Of a stretch of DNA of 39,524 nucleotides, positions 9,046 through 19,996 are shown one piece after another. Every line of letters begins with the position of its first letter. Position 1 is the stretch's first letter. The translations under genes were made by a program, and so were the position numbers. The stretch comes from an uncultured Chloroflexia bacterium (GTDB lineage Bacteria > Chloroflexota > Anaerolineae > JAAYZQ01), in the NCBI GenBank assembly GCA_963700285.1, contig CAVOXA010000020.1:1-39524 (forward strand). Direction: 5' to 3'. Under the pieces are notes generated by a model. That model was not told the DNA's origin, did not search any database, and worked only from the letters and a program-made list of their open reading frames with translations.

Positions 9046-9291
9046 GTGGTGCTGGCAGCGGCCGGGGCGAGGGTGGAGGCGGCTGGGTCGTGGCGGGTGT
9101 ACCTGCCGGCTGTGAGGTCGGGGGAACCGGCGCCGTGCGAATGCTCGGGGAATTTGTACAATTGCGCGGATTCTGGGACGCAGGCAGAGGCGCAGGCGTG
9201 TTATGAGAATTGTTTGAGGCTGGGGCATGGGGATGTGCATTGGTTGGATGGGGATAAGGATGGGGTGGCTTGTGAGCATTTGCCACGATAA
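9046..9291 (+). CDS. Excalibur-like Ca-binding domain protein (true start probably ATG 9017, frameshifted)
   Basis: [14 protein letters not shown]...[15 protein letters not shown]: DxDxDG loop flanked by Cys residues. Confidence 0.75.
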   Translation: MVLAAAGARVEAAGSWRVYLPAVRSGEPAPCECSGNLYNCADSGTQAEAQACYENCLRLGHGDVHWLDGDKDGVACEHLPR

Positions 9292-9387
9292 GACATAGTC
9301 TCGGCATCATCGGGACAAGACAAAGGCGAGGTTGGAGAAGGAGAGGAAGAAGGCTGAACCTCTCTTATTGGCTCTGTAAAGGAGGAT

Positions 9388-10554
9388 GTGATGAGGAGTG
9401 TCCCCCCCAAGCTGTGCCTGTTGTTGGTTACTCTTCTCCTGGTGGCCTGTGGCGGTGAGGCTGCACCCACGCCTGATGCGGTGGCCACGCAGGTGGCAGT
9501 CGCAAGGGCAGCGGCTGCGACACTGACGGCCGAGGTGCCGACGCCAACCAACACACTGCCCCCTCCTACGGAAACACCTGCTCCCGAGCTAACTGATACG
9601 CCATCGCCGACCAGCACACCCAAGCCCACAAGCACGCCAGAGCCGACTAACACATCGACCAGTACACCAAGGCCAACGCCTACTCCAAGGCCAACAAGCA
9701 CGCCAACACCCCCACCCATGGCCACTATCGAGCCCTATGAGGATTGGAAGGCGAGCACTCAGACTGATATAACATACAAGTTGGTGGACAAGTCGGACCA
9801 GTACATCGGTGAGCGCGTCTGCTGGAAAGGCGAAGTCTTTAACATCGACGAGAGTTCCGGTATCACGGTGTTCCAGGCGTGGTACTTTGAGGGACGTTCC
9901 TTCAACATTCTCAAGGACGACGCGGGCGCGTTCATGGTCGTCTACTTCGGCACACTACCAGACGTATTCGAGGATGATGCGGTGGAGGTTTGCGGACTCG
10001 TAGACGAGAAGGGCGAGGGCGTCAATGCCTACGGGGCAACGATCACGCAGCCTCAGATCTTGGCTGTGTACGTCAACAAGTACAAACCGCCGCCCCAACC
10101 GGCAGCAAAGCCAAAGCCACCTACGCCCACACCGGTTCTTGTACAGATCGGCCAGGAGACTACTGCGGGCAAGTGGTTCCTGCGAGTAACGGGTGTGGAG
10201 TGGCACAAGGCTCTATACTTCTACGACAATGCGGAAGTTGCAATGGGTGTCTGGTGCGTGCTGTTCCTTGACATCCAGAATCAGGCTTCGGGGACCGACT
10301 ATTTTGGCAATCTGTGGTGGGAGCTTCGCGGATCGGGAGGCGGCGTCTATGATGATGATTCCGGGACCAGTGAGGCAGCCTGGCAGTTCGGGGGCAAGGA
10401 CACTCCTTGGACCGATTTGAATCCAGGGGAATGGGCAGAGATCGTGATCGCCTTCGACGTGGCAGAGGGCGCGAAGGGTCTGCAATTCTACTCAGGCAGG
10501 CTGAAACAACCATTCGTGTACATCGGCGATGCGCAGCCGCCCCAGGATCCGTGA
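9388..10554 (+). CDS. Lipoprotein with P/T linker, OB-fold-like domain and C-terminal DUF4352-like Ig domain
   Basis: Lipobox LLVAC-GG, TPTP repeats, YIGERVCWKGEV...EDD.VEV.G, and DLNPGE...IAFDV. RBS AAGGAGG. Confidence 0.75.
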   Translation: MMRSVPPKLCLLLVTLLLVACGGEAAPTPDAVATQVAVARAAAATLTAEVPTPTNTLPPPTETPAPELTDTPSPTSTPKPTSTPEPTNTSTSTPRPTPTPRPTSTPTPPPMATIEPYEDWKASTQTDITYKLVDKSDQYIGERVCWKGEVFNIDESSGITVFQAWYFEGRSFNILKDDAGAFMVVYFGTLPDVFEDDAVEVCGLVDEKGEGVNAYGATITQPQILAVYVNKYKPPPQPAAKPKPPTPTPVLVQIGQETTAGKWFLRVTGVEWHKALYFYDNAEVAMGVWCVLFLDIQNQASGTDYFGNLWWELRGSGGGVYDDDSGTSEAAWQFGGKDTPWTDLNPGEWAEIVIAFDVAEGAKGLQFYSGRLKQPFVYIGDAQPPQDP

Positions 10555-10730
10555 CGCGAGACAGCGAGGACAATCACGATTATGGGTTCTGCTGATGCAG
10601 ATCGAGATGCGTTACCGGAGTTGAACCGGACGCGGGTATATGCGGCTCCTTGGGCAGGTCAAGGCACATTATTGGAAGCATCGGATAGATGAAAGACAAG
10701 GTTGGAGACGGAACGGACAAAGGTATAGCA

Positions 10731-11897
10731 ATGTCGCACAGAGCTATGCTTATTGTGGCCTTGGCGGCGCTGGTGATCATATCAGTGTTCATGGGGATAA
10801 ATGATCCTCCCTCAACAGCACTTACTTCGGATGAGAAATTGGGACCATTTCTCTCTCCGCCTGGGCCTCGTGGGCTTCTTCCAATCGTTGGCCGTGCCTG
10901 GCGACCCGATTTCCGCACTCCCGAACTCTTCTGGATTGACAACTCAGACAAGGACAATTCCTACACGGTACGGTGGAATATGTCCCAGTCTGCCTACGAC
11001 TATGTGCTCGAAGAAGCGACGGATGCTGCGTTTACGACAGCTCAGGTTGTCTATCACGGGCCTTGGACTTGGTGGCAGGTGCCCGATCCCGGCAAGACGC
11101 CGGGCAGATACTTCTATCGCGTCAAGGCAATCGGGCCGTGGGGGGAAAGCGCTTGGAGCATCGTGCGACCGGTGCAGGTGTGGCCACTGTTTGTGGGGAT
11201 GCAGGCGAGATGGGATGGCAAGGGTTTTCTTCGAGGGGACTGGTACGATGATATCGGTGCGCATCTCACACAGGACGTAGAAACCCTTGTGGACTCCGAG
11301 ACTGTCAAAGTGCATGCCTTCCTATGGTACGAACCAAATCCCAGAGACCTACAATCCGACGAAGCAGACTGCTATTACTCCATAACTGCAGGTCACGCCA
11401 AGTCATGCTCAGAGCCAGGTGATCCGAGCTGGAAGTGGGGCTATTATTGGATCCTTCCCTACAGTTTCGCGCTAATTGCAGGCCAAGACACCAGGATTGA
11501 TGGTCAGGTATTTCAGGTCTCCGGTCCTCATCAAGGCTACACAGCTTTCGGTCAGCCTGTGCGATTTTGGGAGCTGGTCAATAGGCACAAGTTCCTGTTT
11601 TGGGATGGGGGTAGCGACGTAACTCAATACGTCCATCCAGGGGATATTACGCTGCGCTATGATGCAGGCAGCACGCGATTGTTGCTGCATGAGGATGTGC
11701 TGAGGCGCGTTTACTACTACCGTGAGCCTGTGAACTACACTGTTCAGTACGTGTTCAATCTGACACACTCGAACGCATTTCCGGGATCAACCAGTATCTG
11801 GTCCGAGGTGCAGGTACCTGCTGATCTAGTAGACAAAGGAACTCATCGAGAATCCGATCCAGCAGGGCTATCTGACCTAAACGGGCAGGTCCGATAA
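10731..11897 (+). CDS. Secreted/membrane-anchored protein with FN3-like domain
   Basis: N-terminal hydrophobic helix, YTVRW...YVLEEA...YFYRVKAIGPWGESAWS. Confidence 0.65.
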   Translation: MSHRAMLIVALAALVIISVFMGINDPPSTALTSDEKLGPFLSPPGPRGLLPIVGRAWRPDFRTPELFWIDNSDKDNSYTVRWNMSQSAYDYVLEEATDAAFTTAQVVYHGPWTWWQVPDPGKTPGRYFYRVKAIGPWGESAWSIVRPVQVWPLFVGMQARWDGKGFLRGDWYDDIGAHLTQDVETLVDSETVKVHAFLWYEPNPRDLQSDEADCYYSITAGHAKSCSEPGDPSWKWGYYWILPYSFALIAGQDTRIDGQVFQVSGPHQGYTAFGQPVRFWELVNRHKFLFWDGGSDVTQYVHPGDITLRYDAGSTRLLLHEDVLRRVYYYREPVNYTVQYVFNLTHSNAFPGSTSIWSEVQVPADLVDKGTHRESDPAGLSDLNGQVR

Positions 11898-11933
11898 GAT
11901 AGTTTATGGGTGCTAAGAGGCAAGGAGTCAACT

Positions 11934-13190
11934 GTGAGTAGTCCAGATACTGACAGATTCTGGGACCAGCAACTTGGCAATTTCAAAGGGTTCTTTGTGC
12001 AGGAGTTATATTGTCTGCATCTTTTTCCGAAGGAGGACGGGCAATACTACAGCCTCTTCGGGAATGATGAAGGGGATTCAGCATGGTTGGTGCCTGTGAA
12101 GGCCGACGGAGAAGAGGCAAAACGAGTCAGGGTTCTTCGGGTTGGTGCCGCTGACCAGGAGACACGCAATAATGTCATCCCGCAGGTTTTTCCGTTTGAC
12201 TACCGTGTGACCATCCCAAGACGTTGGTATGATCCTGGGCATGAAAGAGAACGTCGCAGAGAGCTTACCAAGGCTGGCAGAGACTTTGCCAAGTGGATCA
12301 ACCAAGCCTTCATCGACGTCCTGACCTGTTCACTGACCGACGACAGACGACTTAGCTGCGAAGGTGGTACGCTGGGCGAGTGCTTGGCTGAGGCAGTGGA
12401 TAACCTAGAAGGTTCGGAATTCGAGTTTAATGCTTTTCTGTTTCCAAAGAAGCTAAGGGGCAGATTGCTCCAGCGAGATATCGTCAAGGAGAATGACGAA
12501 AAACATGGATCTCATTATGTGGGCCATACCAAGACTGGGCAACTGGCGTTCTGGTCCGAGGAATTGCCGGATGATACCGCCTTGTTGTTTGATGGCACTA
12601 AAGGCTTGATCCTCAAGCAGGATCCACGGTTCTATTTCGGTCAGTACCATGGTTTCCCAAACGTAGAGCTTTATGGCAAGTTCCCGCTGAACCTCATTGT
12701 ATTCAATACGGACTGCATCGTAGCGCTGGAAGGCATCGGAGGAGCGCTGAGCTCTCAGCGCGGTACAGCCAACGTGTCCAGTGCTCCACCGGAGGGGCCT
12801 GTGTTTGTGGACCAGCAGAGACTCGACGAACTGCGGGCAATAGAGTCCAAGGACTTCGATCTGGCAAGGCTCATACGCATGTGCGAGGAGTCGAACAGGT
12901 GCTATGATCAGGAATGCTATCATGCCGTGGCTATGCTGACACGGGCCATTGTAGATCACGTGCCACCTATCTTCGGGTACAAGGACTTCACCCAGTTTGC
13001 CAACAACTACGGAGGAGCGCCCGCATTTCAGAAGTGCATGAAGCAGCTAGACACTACGTCGCGACAAATTGCCAATCTTCGCCTGCATGCTCAGGTGCGC
13101 CGCAAAGAATTGCTGCCGACGCAGGTAGAAGTCAATTCCTCGAAAGAACTGGATTTGCTTCTAAGTGAGATCATACTCAAGTTGTCGTAG
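11934..13190 (+). CDS. Hypothetical fusion: encapsulin/HK97-fold-like N-terminal domain (~265 aa) + C-terminal helical HEPN-like domain
   Basis: RBS AAGGAG, GTG start, open for 418 codons. Motifs are colinear with family 1 encapsulins (see findings). The C-terminal part has AVAMLTRAIVDH...SRQIANLRLH. The ORF is well supported, the function is inferred. Confidence 0.55.
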   Translation: MSSPDTDRFWDQQLGNFKGFFVQELYCLHLFPKEDGQYYSLFGNDEGDSAWLVPVKADGEEAKRVRVLRVGAADQETRNNVIPQVFPFDYRVTIPRRWYDPGHERERRRELTKAGRDFAKWINQAFIDVLTCSLTDDRRLSCEGGTLGECLAEAVDNLEGSEFEFNAFLFPKKLRGRLLQRDIVKENDEKHGSHYVGHTKTGQLAFWSEELPDDTALLFDGTKGLILKQDPRFYFGQYHGFPNVELYGKFPLNLIVFNTDCIVALEGIGGALSSQRGTANVSSAPPEGPVFVDQQRLDELRAIESKDFDLARLIRMCEESNRCYDQECYHAVAMLTRAIVDHVPPIFGYKDFTQFANNYGGAPAFQKCMKQLDTTSRQIANLRLHAQVRRKELLPTQVEVNSSKELDLLLSEIILKLS

Positions 13191-13257
13191 GTGGACGTTT
13201 GTGCATTCACCCGTACGGTGGGTCGAGGTGTGATGAGATCAGAAGTGGGTGCTGCTG

Positions 13258-13500
13258 ATGTACGCTGAAGTTCTATGCGCCAAGTGTGGCCAGCGACATG
13301 CGGTGGGTGGCCTCGTGCCCTGGCCCACCGACCCATCAGAAGGTGGCAGCCTGGCCGAGCTATACCCAGATGGCAACATGCCGGGAAATATTGCCTACCT
13401 CCTGAGTATCAAGATCTGGTGTCCACAAGCAAAGGCGCATATCGCCCTCGAGGATCCGGCTCGGGTGTTTGTGGAGCCGGTGGTGCGGTGTGAGGGCTGA
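13258..13500 (+). CDS. Small CxxCxxxH...C protein, copy 1
   Basis: 80 aa, near-identical to 17025-17267 with mostly synonymous differences, which supports a real coding sequence. Confidence 0.75.
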   Translation: MYAEVLCAKCGQRHAVGGLVPWPTDPSEGGSLAELYPDGNMPGNIAYLLSIKIWCPQAKAHIALEDPARVFVEPVVRCEG

Positions 13501-13656
13501 ATGGATCAACTAACCCAAAGATACACCGATTCCCCGCTCTGGTTCTGGCTCCTGGGCTCCGTGCTGGCCTACGGACTGGCAACCAACGCCCTCTGGATCC
13601 TCAGATCCAGGGACTGGCTCCCATCGCCCTACAGAAACTGCTGTACCTTGCACTAG
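13501..13656 (+). pseudogene. Truncated 5' copy of the CPBP-like membrane protein gene at 17364
   Basis: MDQLTQRYTDSPLWFWLLGSVLAYGLATNALWIL.SRDWLPSPY matches 17364 onward up to about 13640, then TAG at 13654-13656. Confidence 0.85.
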
Positions 13657-13758
13657 GCAAGTGGGCAAGGATGCGATGTCCATACCAATCAGGCCAAGGC
13701 GATGGTAACCTGAATTCAGTGGGCAGAACCCATAAAAGCACTTGCCCTGCCTCCATCC

Positions 13759-13807
13759 TTGACAAATCTTCCCAGAAGTGATATACTCTTTATAGAGAGT
13801 GATTCTC
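13759..13807 (+). promoter_or_regulatory. Sigma70 promoter with downstream Fur/Per-box-like palindrome
   Basis: TTGACA (13759)-17 bp-TATACT (13782). GAGAGTGATTCTC at 13795-13807 resembles the Fur-family core GATAATnATTATC. Confidence 0.65.
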
Positions 13808-13837
13808 CTCAGTTTGGAAAGAGAAGGCAGCTAGACT

Positions 13838-14278
13838 ATGGTCGATCCACAAGCCAGGTTCGAGGCATTAGTAGGCCGGCTCCGGGAGCAGGAGTACCGG
13901 TTGACGCCGCAGCGCATCGCCCTGCTGCGCCTCCTGGCCGCCAGCGACGGGCATCCCAGCGCCTCCCACCTGTACGACCAGCTCCAGGCCCAATTCCCAA
14001 CCACCAGCCCGGGGACCATCTACAAGACGCTGAACCTGCTCAAGGACCTGGACGAGGTGTTGGAGCTGGGCTTCAGCGACGACGACAACCGCTACGACGG
14101 CAACAAACCCTATCCCCACCCACACCTCATCTGTGTCCGCTGCCGGAAGATCATGGACCCCGAGGTGAGCATAGCCCAGGACCTGGTGCAGCAGGTGGCC
14201 CAGCAGTCGGGCTACCAGATCATCAGCCACCGGCTCGATTTCTACGGCGTTTGCCCCGATTGCCGGGAGGGTGAATAG
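13838..14278 (+). CDS. perR: Fur-family regulator, PerR-like
   Basis: RLTPQR, HPSA, TIYKTL, RYD...HPHLICVRC, CPDC. Directly upstream of katG. Confidence 0.85.
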   Translation: MVDPQARFEALVGRLREQEYRLTPQRIALLRLLAASDGHPSASHLYDQLQAQFPTTSPGTIYKTLNLLKDLDEVLELGFSDDDNRYDGNKPYPHPHLICVRCRKIMDPEVSIAQDLVQQVAQQSGYQIISHRLDFYGVCPDCREGE

Positions 14279-14505
14279 GCCAGCGGCTACGTCCTCTTTT
14301 TTGGCGCCTTATGGAGACTGAATCCTTGTAGAATCCAACCCTTGCAAGATTCTTGAACCTAGAAGGGAGGTAGATTATTGTCAGTGTGGTAAGGCATGAT
14401 CTTCACTGGGCAAACACCCTGGCGCAAACGAACGCACAACCATGATGACGCGCCAGGGAGGCGTTGTAGACAGGGAATCACACACAACCGAAAGGAGGCA
14501 ACATT

Positions 14506-16706
<2,201 letters not shown>

Positions 16707-16794
16707 TCGTAGCAAGAACGTCTTCGAGGACTCATTCAAGAGTCCCGAATGCAAACGGGTGCCGTGACAGAAACAGGGCGGCGAAAAGACGGTC

Positions 16795-16856
16795 AGTGAA
16801 CAATTGGTTCCAGCGGACGGCGCCCAGGCGCCGTCCGCTGAACCTTGTCGTTAGGT
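16795..16856 (+). mobile_element. Integron attC-like recombination site
   Basis: R'' AGTGAAC - 5 nt - L'' GTTCCAGC (extra C) - hairpin GGACGGCGCC/GGCGCCGTCC - L' GCTGAAC - 6 nt - R' GTTAGGT, 62 bp in total. Confidence 0.7.
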
Positions 16857-16877
16857 GGTAACCGCTGATATTGCGCG

Positions 16878-17000
16878 GAAGTTACAATAGTGCGGATTTT
16901 GGCACATGGGCGGAGGCGCAGGCCTGCTTTGAGCACAGTTGGGATCTAGGGCATAGGAATGAGCACTGGTTAGGTGGGAATGCTTGCAAGCGCCTGCCGT
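16878..17000 (+). pseudogene. Degenerate copy of the excalibur-like domain
   Basis: TACAATAGTGCGGATTTTGGCACATGGGCGGAGGCGCAGGCCTGC...CACTGGTTAGGTGGG aligns with about 9157-9255, with Cys codons mutated. Confidence 0.7.
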
Positions 17001-17024
17001 TGGGGTGGGTAGGGGTGAGACAGC

Positions 17025-17267
17025 ATGTACGCTAAAGTTCTATGCGCAGAGTGTGGCGAGCGGCATTCGGTGGGAGGCCTCGTGCCCTGGCCCACTGACC
17101 CATCACAAGGCGGCAGCCTGGCCGAGCTGTATCCAGATGGCAACATGCCAGGCAATATTGCGTACCTCTTGAGTATCAAAATCTGGTGTCCACAAGCAAA
17201 GGCTCATATCGCCATCGAAGATCCGGCGCGGGTGTTTGTGGAGCCAGTGGTGCGGTGTGAGGGCTAA
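17025..17267 (+). CDS. Small CxxCxxxH...C protein, copy 2
   Basis: MYAKVLCAECGERHSVGG..., a paralog of 13258-13500. Confidence 0.75.
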   Translation: MYAKVLCAECGERHSVGGLVPWPTDPSQGGSLAELYPDGNMPGNIAYLLSIKIWCPQAKAHIAIEDPARVFVEPVVRCEG

Positions 17268-17363
17268 ACGGGTCGGCCCAACACTCATGTAGTCAGCAGT
17301 TCCCAAACGTGACCGCCATTTTCTGATAAGCTGCTCGCTGAAAGCTGAAAGATCCAAAACATC

Positions 17364-18192
17364 ATGGATCAACTAACACAGATCTACACCGATTCACCAC
17401 TCTGGTTCTGGCTCCTGGGCTCCGTGCTGGCCTACGGGCTGGCCACCAACGCCCTCTGGATCCTCAGCTCCAGGGACTGGCTCCCGTCGCCCTACAGCAA
17501 CTGGCTGGTGCAAGCCGGGCGGTTCCTCTTTTACCTGGGCATCCCCTACCTGGCGTTGGGGGGTTGGCCGCGCCGGCCGTTCCAGGGACTGCTCTCCCCG
17601 GCGGATGTGGGCCTGGTGGGCCTGGGCGGGCGCTGGCCGCCCACCCGCTGGCTGGAGGCGGCGGGCACGGCCATAGGCATCGGCTTGCTGGCCGGCCTGT
17701 TGCTGGCCCTGGCCTGGGCCAATGCCAACCGGCGTGACCCGGGCGCAGGCCGCCCCACCGAGCCCCGCTATCGTTTTCCAGCCCGGCCCTGGTGGGCCCT
17801 CCTGATCGACGTGCTCCTCCTGGAGGTCCATTGGGCCTTTTACCGGGGCGCGCTGGCGGTACTGCTCGCGGATCGGTACAAAGGCGTCTTTCTGGGGCTG
17901 GGGCTGGTCTACCTGGAGTGGGCGCTGAACCCGGCCTGGCGGCACGGCTGGCGCGCCGGACCGCAAGCAGCCGTTGCGCGGCTGCCCGCCGCACAGTGGC
18001 TGCGGGCGGCAATGGCCCTGGTGTCAGCCTTGATCTTCTTCCTTGACCCGAAACCTGTGGCTCTGCCTGGGGGTGCATGCTGTGCTAGAGCTGTTGTTCT
18101 GGAGCTTTGGGCGGGAAGAGGTGGATTCCCGCCGGCGCGGGAATGACAAGCATGCAAAGCCCCTGCCCTCGCCGGAGCCTAGCTCCGACTGA
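17364..18192 (+). CDS. CPBP/Abi-family intramembrane protease-like protein (frameshift at about 18043)
   Basis: Multiple TM helices and EVHWAFYRG. The reframed C-terminus reads FFLTRNLWLCLGVHAVLE and ends at TGA 18190-18192. Confidence 0.6.
18122..18148 (-). repeat. REP-like palindrome of the same family as 7098-7123
   Basis: TGGATTCCCGCCGGCGCGGGAATGACA is the reverse complement of TGTCATTCCCGCGCCGGCGGGAATCCA. Confidence 0.85.
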
Positions 18193-18197
18193 GGTAC

Positions 18198-18983
18198 CTA
18201 GAAGCTATAGACCTCCAGAATACTCTTTTCGGTGTCACCCTCAATGCGGGCCAGGACCTGGACGTAGGGGGCGATGCTGGAATTGTGCAGCTTGCGTTTG
18301 AGCAGCTCGTCCACCTGAAAAATCCCCGCCGAATTGTTCATGGCAATCTCGACGACGATGGGCAGCTCATCGCCTTTGCGGATGTCGACGCGGTCGATGG
18401 CCATGGCCGAGATGGCGTGGATGTCGGTCTTGCCCGCCTCAAAGGGGATGCGCGACCGGCCCTCGGTTACGTCCAGCGCATCGGCCACCTTGACGACGCC
18501 GGCCTCCGTGGTCAGGCAGGCTACGTCCCAGCGATGGGCGATGATGGCGTGAAGTGTATCGGCGACGAGGATGGTACGCTGGCGCACGTCGTACAGCCCA
18601 TCCAGCAACTCCCGCGCCTTGCGCTCGGCCAGGAAGAGGCTGTATTGCTCGTGGCCGCTACGATGGATGCTGATCCCCAGGTCGTGTAGGCAGGCGGCCA
18701 GCACAACGACGATCTCGGCCTCGTCGTCCGTCAGGCCGTGGTCTTGGACGATACCCATGGGCACGCGGGCATCGAGCAGCAAGCGCACCAGTTTCAGGGC
18801 GATGTTGGTCACGATCTTGATGTGCACCGAGCCATGGTCGGTGATGCCCGCCCGCTCGACAGCGTTGACGTTGGCGCAGTCCCACAGGGTGTGCAGTTCG
18901 ACGTCGGCGTCAATGCGACCGACGAGCTGGCGAAGCTTCTCATTGTGGCGCACAGGCACATTCAGGGTCAGCATATCGGCCAT
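18198..18983 (-). CDS. HD-domain metal-dependent phosphohydrolase
   Basis: DHGSVH, LHDLG..IHR, IIAH, VADALD. RBS GGAGG. Confidence 0.85.
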   Translation of the reverse strand: MADMLTLNVPVRHNEKLRQLVGRIDADVELHTLWDCANVNAVERAGITDHGSVHIKIVTNIALKLVRLLLDARVPMGIVQDHGLTDDEAEIVVVLAACLHDLGISIHRSGHEQYSLFLAERKARELLDGLYDVRQRTILVADTLHAIIAHRWDVACLTTEAGVVKVADALDVTEGRSRIPFEAGKTDIHAISAMAIDRVDIRKGDELPIVVEIAMNNSAGIFQVDELLKRKLHNSSIAPYVQVLARIEGDTEKSILEVYSF

Positions 18984-19026
18984 AACACCTCCAGGCCAGG
19001 GGCAAGCTTGGCGATCTTGTTGGTCT

Positions 19027-19989
19027 CTATTCCCACAACCGGCAGAACGTGCACATGTCGCCGGCGGTTGTAGGCTGGCCGCAGCGAATACAAGGCCGTA
19101 GTTCGGCGCTGGCCCGTTCCTCAAAGACCACCTTGCCGGCCTCCCGCGCTCGCAGGAACTCCAGGTAGAACTGCTGCTTGGACCCGGGCGACCTCAGCTC
19201 CAACTCGTTGAGCAGATTCTTTGGTATAGCTGGTGGTCGCGCCCTTGGCAAAGGGGCATTCGTCATAGATATAGTCGATGCCCAGGACCAGGGCATAGGC
19301 CGCCGTCTCGCGTTCGTAGAACCGGACAAAAGGCTTCACCTTGCGGGCCAGCCCGCCCCGCTCGGCCAGGACGGGTGCCTGGCGAGCCAGGTAGCCGGTA
19401 TGCCAATGCAGGGTGTTCTGCAGCAGCACAGCCACTTCGTCGTCGAGGTTGTGTCCGGTGGCAATGGCCGCAAATCGGCCGCCCCGGCCGATCCTGAGGC
19501 TCCGCGAAGGACCTCACCTGAGCCGTGAAGGGCGACCTCGTTCATGATGTGGCGCTTGACCAGCCCGCAGACGGAGCAGGGCTTTCCCTGGCCCCGGCGC
19601 CGGGTTCTGGCCAGATAGGGGATGGTCTGGCCATACTCCTCCTCCACGTCGACGACGTGGAGCACGGCCTCAGGATGATGGTCGGAGACGAAACGGTGGC
19701 ACATCTCCAGGGATTTGTCAGAGTAGCCCTGATCCTCGTCGATGCCCAGCCCGATGTACATACCCTCGGCCTGGTAGCCCAGCTTGAGCAGGACGTCCCA
19801 CAGGGCCAAGCTGTCCTTGCCGCCAGAGACAGCGAGCAGAACACGATCCTCGGCAGTGAACATATCATATTTGTCGATGGTCCGCTGCGTAAAGGTCAGG
19901 AACCACTCGACAAGGTGCTTCGCGCACAGGCTTCGCCTGTGCTGGCGCATGTTGAGAACGGCGGTGCCGCCACACTTGCCGCATTTCAT
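19027..19989 (-). CDS. ttuA: TtuA/Ctu1-family tRNA 2-thiolation PP-loop ATPase (at least 2 frameshifts)
   Basis: N-terminal CxxC zinc finger, AVSGGKDS, PCSVCG, TGHNLDD, DECP, C-terminal CIRCG...CTFC. Confidence 0.8.
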
Positions 19990-19996
19990 GTTTGTG

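Noticed and set aside
9530-9720. DNA repeat element in the lipoprotein gene
   Set aside because: It is an ordinary Pro/Thr linker with degenerate codons.
11850-11897. C-terminal DPAGLSDLNG of the upstream gene as an encapsulin targeting peptide
   Set aside because: Only vague similarity, and the protein has an export/TM leader that is incompatible with cytoplasmic encapsulation.
14402-14407. TTCACT upstream of katG as the left cassette junction matching R'' AGTGAAC
   Set aside because: It is preceded by C rather than the required G, and a 6-mer match is expected by chance.
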